Source: Lama glama (taxonomy: Eukaryota). From it: 64,000 bases of DNA. The stretch is from contig CM052816.1 of the NCBI GenBank assembly GCA_028534125.1, positions 94,676,001-94,740,000 of the forward strand. The letters run 5' to 3'. Shown here piece after piece: positions 25,307-39,965 of the stretch (its first letter is position 1; every line of letters starts with the position of its first letter). The notes below the pieces were generated by a model. It was not told where the DNA came from, ran no database searches, and saw only the letters and a program-made list of their open reading frames with translations. A program made the position numbers and the translations under genes.

Positions 25307-28300
25307 AATGGATGATGTATGTATATATATATTAAAAAATTCACCAAATATTTTGGTTTTGATAATTTTGGGGCACAGACTATATTCAATCAAGTCTCCA
25401 GAATTAATATATTAGAGGGCTATCTTGTTTTAAGCTATATGCTTATTTTCAGTAGCATGAGACCTTTTCAATCTCTGTGCTTTTGCTCCTGGAATGAGGA
25501 GCCCAGAACCCCCAAAAGCACCCCTTAGGCTGGCGAGCTTAATTTCAGCCTTTCTGCATTTACTGGGTGGTACCTCTGCCAGAAGTCCGTCCCCAGGCAC
25601 GCCACGTACCCCAGGCTCCTGTGACAACCAAACCCATCTCTGTCCCCAATTTACTGTTATTACTCATCGATGAGTCTTTGCAACTAAACTGAGAGCTCCT
25701 TGAGGGCAGAGCCATTTTCAGTTTTTATCCAGCAGCCCCTCACCCTCCACCTGGCTCCTAAGAAGTGTCTGCAGACAGAGGAAGCAGAACAAGTTAGAAT
25801 GACATCATATGGTCACCGTAAGATGCTTATTTTAGGTGATCTGGGCGTAAATGAAGTGTAAGCTGAAAAGTCTCAGTGCATTTCAATGATTAAGGGTAAA
25901 TGCTGTCCCAGATATCTATTAAAAATATGATTGTCTTCTTCAGGCAATACCCTTGTGCATCAGTGGCTTTGTAACCTTCACATTGTTGTGATGCCAGGGT
26001 TGTGTGGATAAAAGGGAGAGATAAATAAAACATTCCACCGAGATGGGCTGGTCCCCCTGCAGTGGTCCAGTGTGACCCCAGTTCAGGCAGCGTCCCATGT
26101 GGATGGAGAACTGGAGGTATGTGGCGCTGGAGAACAGAAGGACCCCTTGGTCACTGAGTCCAGGTCCACGCACGCAGAGGCCGACCCGGGCAGTGTGCTA
26201 TTTCCCAGCTCCAGGATCACTGCTCTTTAAAGGCACTGGTCTGTTCCACCTCCCTTGCAGAAATGTGATGGGATGCAGGAGCGAATGTCTAAAAAAAGGT
26301 TTTTAATTTATTAGAAAAAATTATCTTATATATCCAAATATACATACATTTATCATATGTACAAAATTATCCATATTGTTTACTTACATAAGCACATCAA
26401 ATAATATTGACAATGTTGAGTGATGTTATTTGCATAGTAAATACTTTAAGATTTTTTAATCTAATTTTATTTTATTAAAAGATTATATGGAAGCTATATG
26501 ATTTCCTTCGCTAGGTTTAGATTTTTTTTTTCCTCTCAAAAGCATCCCATCCTGAAAAAGAATTATTTTTCTTCTTCCCATCTATACTGACCCTCTTTGA
26601 CCGCGATACACTGATCATGGTAGAATATATGTAATTTCGAATTCTCTGGAAGCAAACAAGTGGATTACAGCCCCTTTTTTTACCTTCTATCTGTTCACAC
26701 TTCTAAGTCCAAGGGGCCAGAAATATTCAGAAATGAATAATATTTTTTATTCAAATTAACCTATGAAAGCTATGAATTTAGTTTTTACCAGTTTCCTAGA
26801 ACTTCTAAGACATGCAGCTCATAAAACAAAATAGTTCTGCCTTTTTAAAAATTTTTATCTTGAACTCATTTAATACTCATGCTTGACTTTTCCTCATAAA
26901 TATCTAAGACTCCTGCAATTTGAGTTGAAAACATTGTCAGATTTTTTTAAAAATCAGCAGTCCCATAGCTGATCATCATGGAAAACAGACATATCTGTGT
27001 CAAATGAAAACTCAGTCAGCTTTTCAGCTTAACACGTGAGCTGCTCGTAAGCTCAGTTCACACCCATGTATGTAAGGACTAGTTGTTAAATCAAAGCTTT
27101 CTTGATTCTAAAATTCATAATTACCATCTATTGAGCACCAGAAGTAATCTACTTTACAGTCATCCTCTTATTTAATCCCCCTACAGGGCTGTATTAGCGT
27201 TTACATTTTAAAGATGAAAAACCTCAAACAATACATCGAGAGAAGTTGTCAGGCACCGTTTTAAGGCAGCAGCAATAAGAATGGGAAAAGAATCTTGACT
27301 GAGTTGAAGTCTGATCCCTTTGAGAGAGTGTTTTGTAGGTTTCCTGTTCTAGATTGACTTTCAATTAAAGACATCTACAGCTTGAGCCTACTGAGAGCTC
27401 TACACAGTGGACAAGCAATGCAGCGATGCGTCTACTCCCATGTCGTCAGAGTTCCCCTTGCTGGGCTAAATTCCAGCATCCACCAGTCGCCGTGGGAGTA
27501 AAACAGTAGAAGCTCGAACGGCAAGATTGAGCATCACATCAAAAATCCGCTTTCAAGTTTAATCAGAAAGTGTACTAAGTTGCAGAGAGAGCAAAGCTGT
27601 CTATTCGAAGGCGTCTATAAGTGTGCCTGTTCACGGCGATAACTTAAGTTTGAACCCGAGGTTACTGGTGTGCACTCGTTTACCTGACAGGTGGGTGGAT
27701 GAAGTCTGAGTATGCAAACTGGCAGGGGAGAGGCTTGTTCCGATCCACCTGATTAACAGGATGGAGGCTGCTGGTGGATATCGGAGTGTTACTTACCGCA
27801 GTGAAGTGGCGGATCTGGGTCCCGGATCTACTTTCAGCCTCGGTGTGCTGCAGTGCGAAAGGCATGTTTTACTGTGACTTTAAAATCTTGTTCGAGGAAT
27901 GCCGAACAGTAAGCCAGCATTTTGCTCAGTGTTTAGTGTTAGATCCTTGAAGGCAGGGAGACCACATCCTATTCTCATGACATCTCTGTTCACATTCTCC
28001 TGGGAGTCCCTCTCTGCCAGTGGTTTTGCAGGGCCCTGTGACACGTTCTTTCACTATTTTGAAAGGCGTTAAAGTTCATTCCTTCAAGCCTGGATTCATT
28101 TTTGGAATATTTTGTAGTCACAGAGCGCCAAAAGGGCTAGTCAAGCTCAAATAATGGTTGACAGATGCGAGACCGAGTTAATAAGGTCAACAATCCAGGA
28201 ACACAAAAACACTTCTTTTTTTTTTTTTTTTGGTCTAAAAAATGTATGATTTTAAAGTAAAGCACATGGTTTTCTATCTGGCTCATAAATCATGTCAGAG

Positions 28301-29001
28301 CACAATTTCAAGGGCGTATCACAAATGTTCAAAGATGCTAATTTCAATTTTTGACAAACTCTAGTTTGTTTAACATAATCAGTATTTGTTGGGTGGCCTC
28401 CCCTGGGCTCTCACCAGGCCCTGGGCCACAGCCTGCCTTGCCCCACCCTGTCAGTCTGAAAGAACCCCTAGTCACAAAAAATCGCCATAGAATATTAGTT
28501 CTCTGGCATTACCCTCATTAAAATCCTTGAAAGGCATTCTGTCCAGACGCTAAGATCATGGGACCGAGCTGGAGCAGAGAGAGCGTGAGATGCTTCGCCT
28601 CAGACCCAAGGCCTTCCCAGAAAGGCACGTGAGCCGGTCATAGTTGGTCCTTTCTTCACACCAGTGCTTGCTCAGCTGCCCTGCATGCTCCCAGCCCTAG
28701 CCTCCAAACAGGCTGTGTAGACTACCCACCCCCCGTGCCTCTCTCCCTCCTCCGAGTCAGCCTCGGCCTTTGTGTCGCTCTGGCGAGGTGCCTCGGTCAA
28801 AACAGAGCTGCTCCTCCATTTACATGCCTATAGCTCTACGTTAGTCTTTGACACCGTCAAGATGTTATTCTGTGCTCCATGTCTGCCATGAGCTGTTACA
28901 CGTGCTTGGGATGGAGAAGGAAAGAGAACAGACATGAATGATCCCTGTCCTCAAGGAGTGTATATTCTAGCTGCAGTGATGGGGACTCAGAAAATCAGCA
29001 C

Positions 29002-29160
29002 GAGGGGGCGGCTCAAGGGGCAGGGCGCGTGCTCAGCACACACAAGGTCCTGGGTTCACCCCCCAGCACCTCCATTAAAATAAATAAATCAATAAACCTA
29101 ATTATCTCCCCTCCACCCCAAAAAACAAAAATTAAAAATTAGGAGAAAAAAAAAGAAAAT
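29002..29160 (+). mobile_element. tRNA-derived SINE (vic-1-like) with TSD, inside an L2 remnant
   Basis: gctcaag...ggtcctgggttcaccccccagcacctcc, (TAAA)n and A-rich tail. Flanked by gaaaatcagcac / gaaaatcaacac. Confidence 0.85.
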
Positions 29161-32100
29161 GAAAATCAACACAGTGAATAGGTAAATTGTATAATTTGTT
29201 AGAAGGTGAATTCCAGGAAGGGGAAATGAGTGCACAACAGGAGAAGCAGGATCCAGAGTTCTTGGCGGGGGTCGGGGGTGCTGGTGGCACATGGGGCTTG
29301 TGGAGCAGGTGCCATGATGCTTAGGCAAAGGCACGGAGGAGAAGAGGGGCTGTCTGGGGGACGGCAGAGGCAGTGGCTCCTCGATGAGGTGGCCGGGCAT
29401 GTTGGCAGGACATCAAGGAGGCTCAGGTAGGCAGAGTGGGGAGCAGGAGTTTGCAAGTGGACGGGAGACCCAGTGGACTGCTGTGAGGATCTTGTCTTTG
29501 GCTTGGAGTGGAATGAGGATCTGGCAGAGAATTTTGAACAGAGGCACAACACGGCCACGACTTACTGCTGATAGCATCGCTCTCTCACACCACATACACC
29601 CCCCTGTCGTAAGTGGCTGACGAGTCTGTTTCTTCCTATGAGATGGCCTTGTCACAGGAGTGGAAACCATACGAAATTCATCTCCACTTTTCGAGTGACT
29701 GGCCTGGGGTTCAGCAAGTGTTCCTCACGTTCCTCACGCCCCAGCCTCTCCTTTATAATCACACCACAGAGACTGTGGGTGGTGAGGATGGAGAAGTTGG
29801 GTCTTCTCCAGGTTTCGTCAGCTTCCACTCGCATCCAATTTCCTATGGATTATATGAAATGCTGAATATAAAACTTCTGGCACAGAAGAGTCACTCTAAA
29901 AATGTTGGTTTCTCCCCATGTCCAAACACAAACTCGTCTCATCAAGTCTTCCATTCCTCAAAGAGACAAAATTTGCAAGAAATATGAGCGTCTACATCTG
30001 TACACAGAACCCTGGCAAAGGAGTGCAGGAACCTAAAGATTTTAAAACCCCTTTTATGTTCTCCTGCTGAACTGAAGTAAGCCTGTGCGTATTCACAATC
30101 CTGGGGAAGTGCCTGCTTACTGCGGGAAATTAAGAATTGCATGATAGTTCTGGAAAATAAAACTTGAACAATAGTGGACACTCTAAAAAAGCAATGAGCT
30201 TTTCAAGAAGCAAATTGCCATGTCTTTTTGAGCTGGCCTGTCTAATGTTGCACTGATGTTTATGTCTTAAAAGTCCTCATTTGTACCATATAATAATGAT
30301 AAATATACCATCTGCTCCCTTCTGCCAGAGGCCAATGTGTATTTTGAGTTTGGAATGTGGCCTATTGCTGCTCTTTCTCATCAGGTAGATGTCAAGGTCA
30401 AAGGGATGGGGAACTCTGTGTTTGGTGGTGGGAAGGACACCAAGACATACAGGGTTCAGAGGAAGAACTAATCCCCCAGTAAACACCTGCTTATTGATTA
30501 TCGAATGGAAACGTGATGGAGACAACTCGTGTGACCTCACTCCAGTTTGCTGAATTATGAAAGAAACCATTGCTTGGTAGCACCTGTAAAGAGAAAAATC
30601 ACTTAAAAGCTTGCAAAACCCCAAATTGCTGAGATGTGTTTAGTGTAGAATGTCTACATCATGCTACATGTAGAGGAGAAGTCATGTCATTCTCTGTACC
30701 CTCTCTGACACGTCTTTGCGAAGCCGGCAGTCTACTTGTTTTTAAGATCACTTTCAGGTGATTACCTGTTGGAAATCCCTTCTCATTGCTCTGCTTTAAA
30801 ATCTTCTCCCTCCATTTTCTTTTTCCAGTATAAATATATTTAATCTGGCTTCAATAATTGAAACTTTGCTCATCGCAGAGAGGGTGTGTACGTGTTTTAC
30901 AATAACAGTTCTTCTTTTAAGCAGATGTTTGGCTTATTAAAATTATACTAAATGAGCCTCTTCCTGAAATAAAAGTTTCATGTGGCCTATTTTGGCCAAC
31001 ACTCATGTCGTTTTAGAAAGAGTTGCCATCAAGAAATCCCTTTGTGGGATAAATTTAAATTAGACACTTCAGTTATTGTTTTTTTCTTCCCTATTTTCTT
31101 TCCACTGATATACCATAGAAATGGTCACATGAAATACTTTTGAGAACAGTTATTGATAATGACCTTAATCATGCTTTAATCATAGGGAGGTCAGAGGGAA
31201 GGAATAGCCAAGTACCCAGGGTGCAGAAGTTTGCAGTGTCTTGTTTATACTGGTGGCTTAAGGCCCTGGGAAGTGAACCGCCACCACCTCTTTCTGGCTG
31301 CCTGTAGTGACAGGGACAGCGTGGTTTGCAAGATCTCTCTCTCCCATCGCCTTCTCTCTCTGTCTCTCTGTCTGTCCCCTTCCTCCTTCCCTCTCCCCTT
31401 AGTTTTGAGACCCTTAGGCAAAGAGAAAGCAGTGAGGATGGTCTCCATGATTATCTCAAAAATTATAGCTCATCTGGTCCTTTTAATTGAGATGTTCTCA
31501 TCTGGGGCAGGAATTTTTTTTTTTTCTTCAACTGCCTTAATTTTTCAATTACTTGAGTTTAATTGGGCCTAGGTACCACTTTCCCATGTTAGTCTGACAT
31601 CACCACTGGGTAAACCCAGCCTTCCTTTCGTTGCCTGATCTCTGTGGTGATGACTTCAGGGATCCCAGGGGGAACTGGGCCCAGAAGCTGTCTCTTCATT
31701 TTATGTACCATATCCGTTTTCACCCAAACCAGCACTCCTCCAAGGAATGGCTCGACAAGGCGTTTGATGATTTTATTTGGCTATTCCTGAAATTAAGCCT
31801 TTCTCATAGTACTAGGATTTTCTATCTGGGGAATTATTTCAGAGAGTGGCCTTTCTTTTGAAGATGGTGTCAAAGGAGCAATGATCCAGATTTGGGAAGC
31901 CGTGGTAGTTGTGTTCAAGCAAATTTATTTCGTCTCAGGGAGTACAGGGGCACCAGACTGACTTTGGGGGGCGCAGCTTCATCGTAATTGCACCGTATGA
32001 CGGGGACACTTCATCTAATACCAAAATAAGACTGTTTGCATTTTGGAATTGCTGCTTCCTTCTTGTTTCTAAGTTGTGAGAATACATGGCTTTGTCCATC

Positions 32101-34689
32101 TCCCTGTTCAAGCCTAGAGCCCTGTGCACACTGCCCCTGGGAAGTTCAGCACATTCTCAGACATTTTCGTCAGCTGCACGTAGGTGATGTTACTAAATCA
32201 CGTGACCAGATTGCTCGGGTACAGAAATGGATTTCTTCAAAGATGTCATCTTTAAGCCATGTCCTGTTTTTGTTTTTCGATTTTTGTTTCCCCAAAAGTT
32301 ATTCAGGCTTAACTCATCCAAAGAATATTCTTCAACTGTTGCTTGTGTTTTCTCATCATTTAATTTTCTCTGCAATTGCAAACACCAGCCAACTGCTTCC
32401 CACCAAATCCAATGCTACATTCGGGTGTTTGGCTCTTCTGTGACCCCGGCCCTGATGCCTCTGCCTTCCTTTCAAATGTACTTTCCAGCTCTGCCTCTTG
32501 TGACACTGCTGTTGCCCAAGAGCATGACTCCCAGCAGTGCCCTTAGTCACCACAACCAGGATTACGGGCCAAGGGGAGAAACTACGAGGTTCACAGGTCC
32601 GAAGGCAAACCCAGTAAAACGCGAGTGCTGAATGCGGCTGCGGGGGGAGCGGACTGCCCATCCCAGGTCATCGGGCTCCCGTCTGGGAAGCCACAGAACA
32701 GGGGCTCCAGTTCCCCATTCCTGACATCGTCAGCCCGGCTGCCCAGCATTCTGGACAAATATCCCTCCTGATCCAGCGTCAGGAGCCTTGCTGACGATTC
32801 CAGGAAACTTGGCAGGTCTAAATGCATCCTCACAAGGACTGCCTGTAAATCATGGACCTGTTTTATAAAATGTGGTTTCGCTCAGTGACACTCCGTACTC
32901 ATGATTTGAAGTCAAGATTCCTCAGAGAGTTCAGGCTGTCGCGTCCCTTGTTAACTGGCTGTAAGCATTTGGGGTTTTGTCTTGTTTTTTTTTTTGTTTG
33001 TTTGTTTGTTTGTTTTGCAAACTGCCAAATCCCCAAGGAATGAGGCTTAAGAAAGTTTCCAAGTTTGGAGAGTTTTTTCCCCCTTATCAACCTTATGCCA
33101 TCTCTCCCTCCTTTACAGAAGATACAACCTGAAATGAGCAAGAAACAGCGATGCTCAGTATTAAGGCCTATGCCATGTCCTGGTCCAAGAGCGCCATATT
33201 TTCAGGGACTGGAACTTCCCAATAAAAAACAACGCCACGGTTGTGAGCCAGATAGTATTCTGTTAACAACAAAAACACAGCAACTTTAGATTTCCAAAGT
33301 AATGTCAAGATAAAATACTTCATGTGAGAGGACTACAGACAGACTTTCAAGAACAAACTTCACGTTTGTACCTGCAGTACAGTAGGCTCTTGTTAGTGGT
33401 TTATTGAGATAATGAGCGAATTGATGCCTAAAGCTTGAATACTCTTAGTTAATGGACACGATGTATAGATTGCCTAAATTCCCATTTCAATGTTCTTTCT
33501 ACTACAGTTTGAAAATATATTCTCCCCTTAAATGCTTCTATAAAATAGGTGTAAATTCACTCCATAATTACACAGAAGGCGTCAGTGTACCAAGTACACA
33601 CATGCAACAAATACATGTGGACATATAATATGAAAATCACAACCACAGTATATCCTAAATTGGGCCCATGTGAAACTTGTATGTAAATTATAATGCAGAT
33701 GAAATATTTAATTTATAAGATCTTTGGTAAATTACATGTATTACTCATGTCTCATTAACAAAACCCCACATTTTCTTTTTTTGCATGAGACATAATCTCC
33801 ATAAAGTGTCCATAGGAATTAGAAGTAATATTTTATTTGTCTCTTGATGGCTTTCCCATAGTTGGAAGCAAGAAGGGATGACATGTAATGTGCACCGAAC
33901 TCTGCCTATTGGAAACTATTTAATCAGACCATCTACTTAACAATGTTCTGCTTCCTTGGCGATTTCACATAGACAGGTGCCGCGTTTTGGCGGGATGGGA
34001 AAGAAAGTAATCCTTTAGGTTGAGACCGATTCAAAGAGCAGGAAATGGAGATACCAACAAGAATTATCCTGGTCATTAGCCACTGTGTGATCCAGGACAG
34101 TATTGGGGTTCAATTATCTCCAAATATTTCTACAAAATTTTATATCATCATTTTTGAGGGTCTCAGTATCAACAAAGTGATTTCAATTCCCATTGCTTGT
34201 GCACACACATTTCCAAATATGTGGGGAAGAAGGATGTAGTAATTATGAGTTAAAAATGTGAAGTTTTGAAACTTCAACTTTAAAATTGGATTTACAGTTT
34301 TATTTATAGTGCCACCATACTTTTAAGGTGGAATTGAGCTTCCATGACAGTCAAGTGGATGAAATTCTCTGTGTGTTGAATTTTGCTTATATTGTTTTTA
34401 ATCCGATGACCTAGGTAGTCATAAACCATCTCATGAGTTGTGCAGCAGGCTTGAATTGTACTCCTCACCAATTGCTGCTAAATGAAGTTACATATGGAAC
34501 AAAATGTACACCCGAGAGAGGAAACAAGCCCCCAAAAGATGCCTGCTTTTGTCCAGCTGATGCAAAAAACCCAGATTTTTCTATTTAGCCGAAGAACTGT
34601 TCTTAGGCACTTCTTATTGTGGAGGCTATTGGAATGGAGTATAATATCCTTGGATTATTTATTAAAAACTGCAGAAGGACTTATATAAC

Positions 34690-34850
34690 TGCGCAGTCCA
34701 GCAAGGTAGCCACGAGACACATTTGGCTATTTAAATTCAAATTAAACATGTGTTAAAATCCAGTGCGTATATCTAGGGCCCATGTGTCTAGTGGCTACCA
34801 TATTGGACAGTATAGACATAGAACATTTCCAGCATAGACAATAGCCATCT
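34690..34850. mobile_element. MER3/MER33-like hAT-Charlie MITE
   Basis: gtagccacgagacacatttggctatttaaattcaaattaaa...gtggctaccatattggacag...tagaacatttcc. Confidence 0.7.
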
Positions 34851-35514
34851 TAAAAAGCCTATAACATTTTATTGTTTATGTTTTTCTCTTTTTCGAGTAA
34901 AAAAGTTACTGGCAAAATTTCACCAAGATCCTACAATATTTTTAAAAAGTTTTTGAACTGGCAGCTGTAGCCTGTCAGAATACCTGGAATTAGTGTGGCA
35001 GTTCTCAAAGCTTTTACAGATTTGGGGGGACCCTTTAAGAAACCTTATGAATAATACTCAACAGAGTTAGCACTTCTGCAGCTGGAAGTTTCAGCGTATT
35101 AAAAGGAAAACAAAGTGTTTGCAAGGTTTATTTAAGGTTTCCCTAGGATCCACTTTATTCTAATACTTAAATACTAGAATGCGATGTAGCATTTTAATTT
35201 CTAGTGGTATACTGTAGTATTTATTTTATTAAAAACTATGCTACTTGCTAATAGGATCTGTAATGTCATGTTATATATCCAAGACATAACAAAAAGTATT
35301 TGTTCTTTGTAAGCAAGGGACTCTCAGTCGACCCTCTGGGGTTCTTTTTCCTTCTCATGACCCTGTGGGAATCGCTCACAGAAATTCCTGTTGGAGGCTT
35401 TTCTGTTACTAGCCAGCTGGGTTCTGCATAGCTGAGGGCCGAGTGTCGCTGCTCAGGCCCCAGGAGAGCTTCCAGAGAAAAATAAGGAAAGACAGTCACT
35501 CTCTTCAGCTTAGT

Positions 35515-36060
35515 GGTAGTTCTCAGGCCAGTGGCATCTCCCTCCCCTGGGAGGTTGCTAGAAATGCAGGCTCTCAGGTCCACTCCAGAGCCCCGAATCA
35601 GAATCTCCTCTACATCAGAGGCTTGTAAACTTAATGAGAACTTGTTGAGGCTGATCCCGGGGGCCCCTGCCCCAGAGTTTCCCACTTAGGGATGGTGGGG
35701 TGATGCCAATACTGATTGTGATGCTGGCTGCTGGCGTGGGGACCACGCTTGGAAAACAACCCTTGCGCTGGGAATGACTTGTTCTCATCTTTGGTTGTGC
35801 ATTGGGACTACCTTGTGAACTTCCCAAAAGCCTGATGTTTGAGTCCCACCTCTGGAGATTCTGAAATAAACAGCTGGTGGATACTGCCTGGGTACTGAGG
35901 TTGTGCATTGGGACTACCTTGTGAACTTCCCAAAAGCCTGATGTTTGAGTCCCACCTCTGGAGATTCTGAAATAAACAGCTGGTGGATACTGCCTGGGTA
36001 CTGAGTTGTTTTCCAAAAGCTCCCCTGGCAATTATAATACGCGGTTAGGTCTTGAGAAGC
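35515..36060. mobile_element. Cluster of MER5-family MITE remnants
   Basis: gctagaaatgcaggctctcagg...gaatcagaatct and cccacctctggagattctga are MER5A/B-like. Boundaries are approximate. Confidence 0.6.
35793..36005. repeat. Perfect tandem duplication, 106-bp unit x2
   Basis: 35793-35898 is identical to 35899-36004 by base-by-base comparison. Confidence 0.97.
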
Positions 36061-36583
36061 TCAGTCTGTATATCTGATGCTCAGAACTTCTACTATGAGA
36101 GAAGCAAAGCTGGACCCAGGCAGCGCCCCCATGACTCTGGATGATGCTGGATTGTGTCTCTGGGGTCCAGAGTGAGCACGCCAGCTCTGTAGAGCTTCTC
36201 CACTAGCTTCCCTACGTGGAGGCCCTCATGCCACAGCCTTGGGATCAGCTATACTAACCATTCCTTCATTCATTCTGTTGTCAGCAAGAAGGTTCTTGTC
36301 TTGTCGCAGAAAGAATTCGGAAACAAGACACGGAGGTCAAGAAAGTGAAGCAAGGATTTATTAAGGAATAGGTAGTACCCTGTCAAGGGAAGGCAGGCAG
36401 ACCCAGGTGGTTTGCTGCCCTGAGCTTCTTTGGCAAGCTAGTTATATGGATGTAAAAATGAATGGGCAGAATATTCATTGGCAGGGAGGGGTTTGGGGTC
36501 CTCTTCCCTGATCTTCATCCGAGCTCCACCTTCCCAGCTAGGGAAGAGGGATTCCTTGTCCTTGTTTAGTCTTTTTAAAAATA

Positions 36584-36730
36584 TATTTTTGTTTTTCTTT
36601 ATGTGTTGTTGCTTTGGAGGGAGGTAATTAGGTTTATGTATTTTTTTTTTTTTGATAGAAGTACTGGGGATTGAACTCAAGACCTCATGCATGCTAAGCA
36701 CGCACTCTTCCACTGAGTTATACCCTCCCT
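36584..36730 (-). mobile_element. tRNA-derived SINE (vic-1-like)
   Basis: gtactggggattgaactcaagacctcatgcatgctaagcacgcactcttccactgagttataccctccc. Confidence 0.88.
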
Positions 36731-36755
36731 CTTTTTTTTTAGACTTTTAAAAATA

Positions 36756-36921
36756 CTAAAAAAAATTCTTTTTGTTTCTTTCCGGGGATGGTCATTAGAT
36801 CTATTTATTACTAGTTTTTGTTTTGTTTTGTTTTGTTTTTTAATACAGGTACTGGAGATTGAATCCAGGACCTTGTGTATGCTAAGCATGTGCTCTACCT
36901 CTTGAGCTATACCCTTCCCCC
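36756..36921 (-). mobile_element. tRNA-derived SINE (vic-1-like)
   Basis: gtactggagattgaatccaggaccttgtgtatgctaagcatgtgctctacctcttgagctatacccttcccc. Confidence 0.88.
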
Positions 36922-37382
36922 TCATTTAGTCTTGACCAGGGAGTTAGTTGAGGTCATGATGAACAAAAGGTTACATTCAGGTGAGGGGCATCATAAGTGA
37001 AAGTTACATTCAGATGAGGTCATAATGATCAAAAGGTTACATTCAGATGGTGGGGATTCCTGTCTTGTCCCACCTGTTTTGCCTCCAGGACACTTGTCAA
37101 CCCAGAGTGTTTGGTTTCTTATCAGTCCCCAGGATCCTGTTCTTCTTGGTCTGTCCAAGGACCCCTGTTGTCCACAAGATGTATGGTTTTCTGCTCTTTG
37201 GCCCATGTCCCTCTTTCTCTGCTCATGTCTAGCTACCTGCCTGCTCTAACAATCCCACAAACGATGGTGGTAGCTCTGCTGTGAACACTCCTTCCTCTAG
37301 GTGCTGGAGACATATCACTGAATAGAATCGTGGAGCTTACATTTTACTTTCACTCCTACTATTGAACTCAAAATAATTGCTT

Positions 37383-37836
37383 TGTAATGCTAAAGAAAAA
37401 CCAGAACTGGACAGCAGTTAAAGCAACGAATACAGATTTTATTTAGAAAAAAAAAAAAAAAGAACTATTGCAATAGAGGAGGAGAAGTGTCGGTATAGAA
37501 TGGTATAGAATACAGTGAGGAAAAGTGGGAATATACGGCCGAGGAATAGGTTGGGGGTCGGTGGTTGAAAGATTACTAAGAGGAAACATCATGGAAAGAG
37601 GATTCTAATGGGATTCTTGCTGAAGACAGGCTGGAGTGATGAGATGTCACCTGGGGGCTGGTGAAGGGTGAGGAACTAGAACAGACATGGAGGGCAGTCA
37701 GACATTGAGAGTGGGGTGGGGGTGCTGGTTAAACAGACTTAGCAGGATTCTTGCTAAAACTGGACAACACACGGCCTTGTTGAGAAGAGAGTTCAGAGGA
37801 GCCCGACTAGAGCTTGGTGAAAGAGAATCTTTGTCA
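37383..37836 (-). mobile_element. ERV1 solo LTR (MER31/MER67-like)
   Basis: tgtaat...tttgtca termini. The minus strand begins TGACAAAGATTCTCT, and cttagcaggattcttgctaaaactgga matches the recalled family consensus. Confidence 0.75.
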
Positions 37837-37857
37837 GTGGATTGATAAAAATACATT

Positions 37858-37953
37858 TATATGTATGTGTATATATATATATATATATATACACATACAT
37901 GTATACAAATATATGAAATATATACATCATACATAAACACACACCTCACACAC
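37858..37953. repeat. (TA)n/(CA)n low-complexity microsatellite
   Basis: Directly visible. Confidence 0.85.
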
Positions 37954-38869
37954 AACGTCCTTCCACAATGTATCTCCCTCTCCATCCAGACTGCTCTTCA
38001 CAGAGGATTTTGATGTTGTTCAATTAACTCCCTCAGATGGTCACACGAACCTAACATTCCAGATAAATTTTGGAATGCTGCGTGCGCGTTGCTGAAAGTG
38101 CCCAGTCTGTCATTTGCCAATTGCCATTCCAGAACGGGTGGAGAGGCATAATTGAAACTTTTAATAGAGAACGTCTGTTTCGGTCTCTCTCTCTCCCCCT
38201 TCCCTCCGGCTCACCCATTTCCTCCACCCTACCCAGTTCCCACCCCTCATTTCAAAACCTGTCTTCCCCAGCTTCTCCCTTTTTCTGCGTACAATCCTAC
38301 CCCCTTTTCACACCAGCCTGTTCTCAAAAACTTTTCTGCTCCTCCGGGAAAGCCTGGAAGATCTCAGACCTCCTGCACAGAAGTGGTTGACAATGCAGTG
38401 TTTTCATTCGAATGCAGATTTGTCTCTGGATCAGATTCAAGGGGAGTGCTTTCCCCTCCAACTGTCTCTCTGGCTCCACCCCAGCCCTTGTTGTCTTTTG
38501 TGTTCTTGTAAATAAATGAGAGGCAACTGGCTTTCAGTTTGAAGACACAGCTGCAGGGGGCTCTTAAAAGCGAGCTAGAGAGAGAGAGAGGCTGAAAGAC
38601 TTGGAGGCCAGCGGTGAATCTAGAAAAGGGAAGCCTTTCATTTACAGTTGCTCTGCCTCCTCTGGAAATGCTTTTTCTAAATACTGAAAGACCCAGCGTA
38701 TTTCTTCCGACTTGATATTTTTTCCCTCCTTTTAACTTTCCTCATCCACAAAGAAGAATCAACGGGGCAATAGCTACAGAATAAACTCCACGAAGTATGT
38801 TTATTTCTTATGTTCTCCAGATAAGTATGCATCTTAGCCAATGTCAGAGGCAGAAACTGTATCCAATGA

Positions 38870-39965
<1,096 letters not shown>

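Larger units (their letters stand above)
36276..37251 (-). mobile_element. ERV solo LTR interrupted by two SINEs
   Basis: Termini tgttg...taaca. tttatt at about 36357 is AATAAA on the minus strand. Flanks attc/atcc may be a 4-bp TSD. Contains internal short tandem repeats. Confidence 0.75.

Noticed and set aside
35793..37052. Direct repeats considered as a CRISPR-like array
   Set aside because: Contiguous tandem copies without unique spacers, no cas genes, and a mammalian intronic context.
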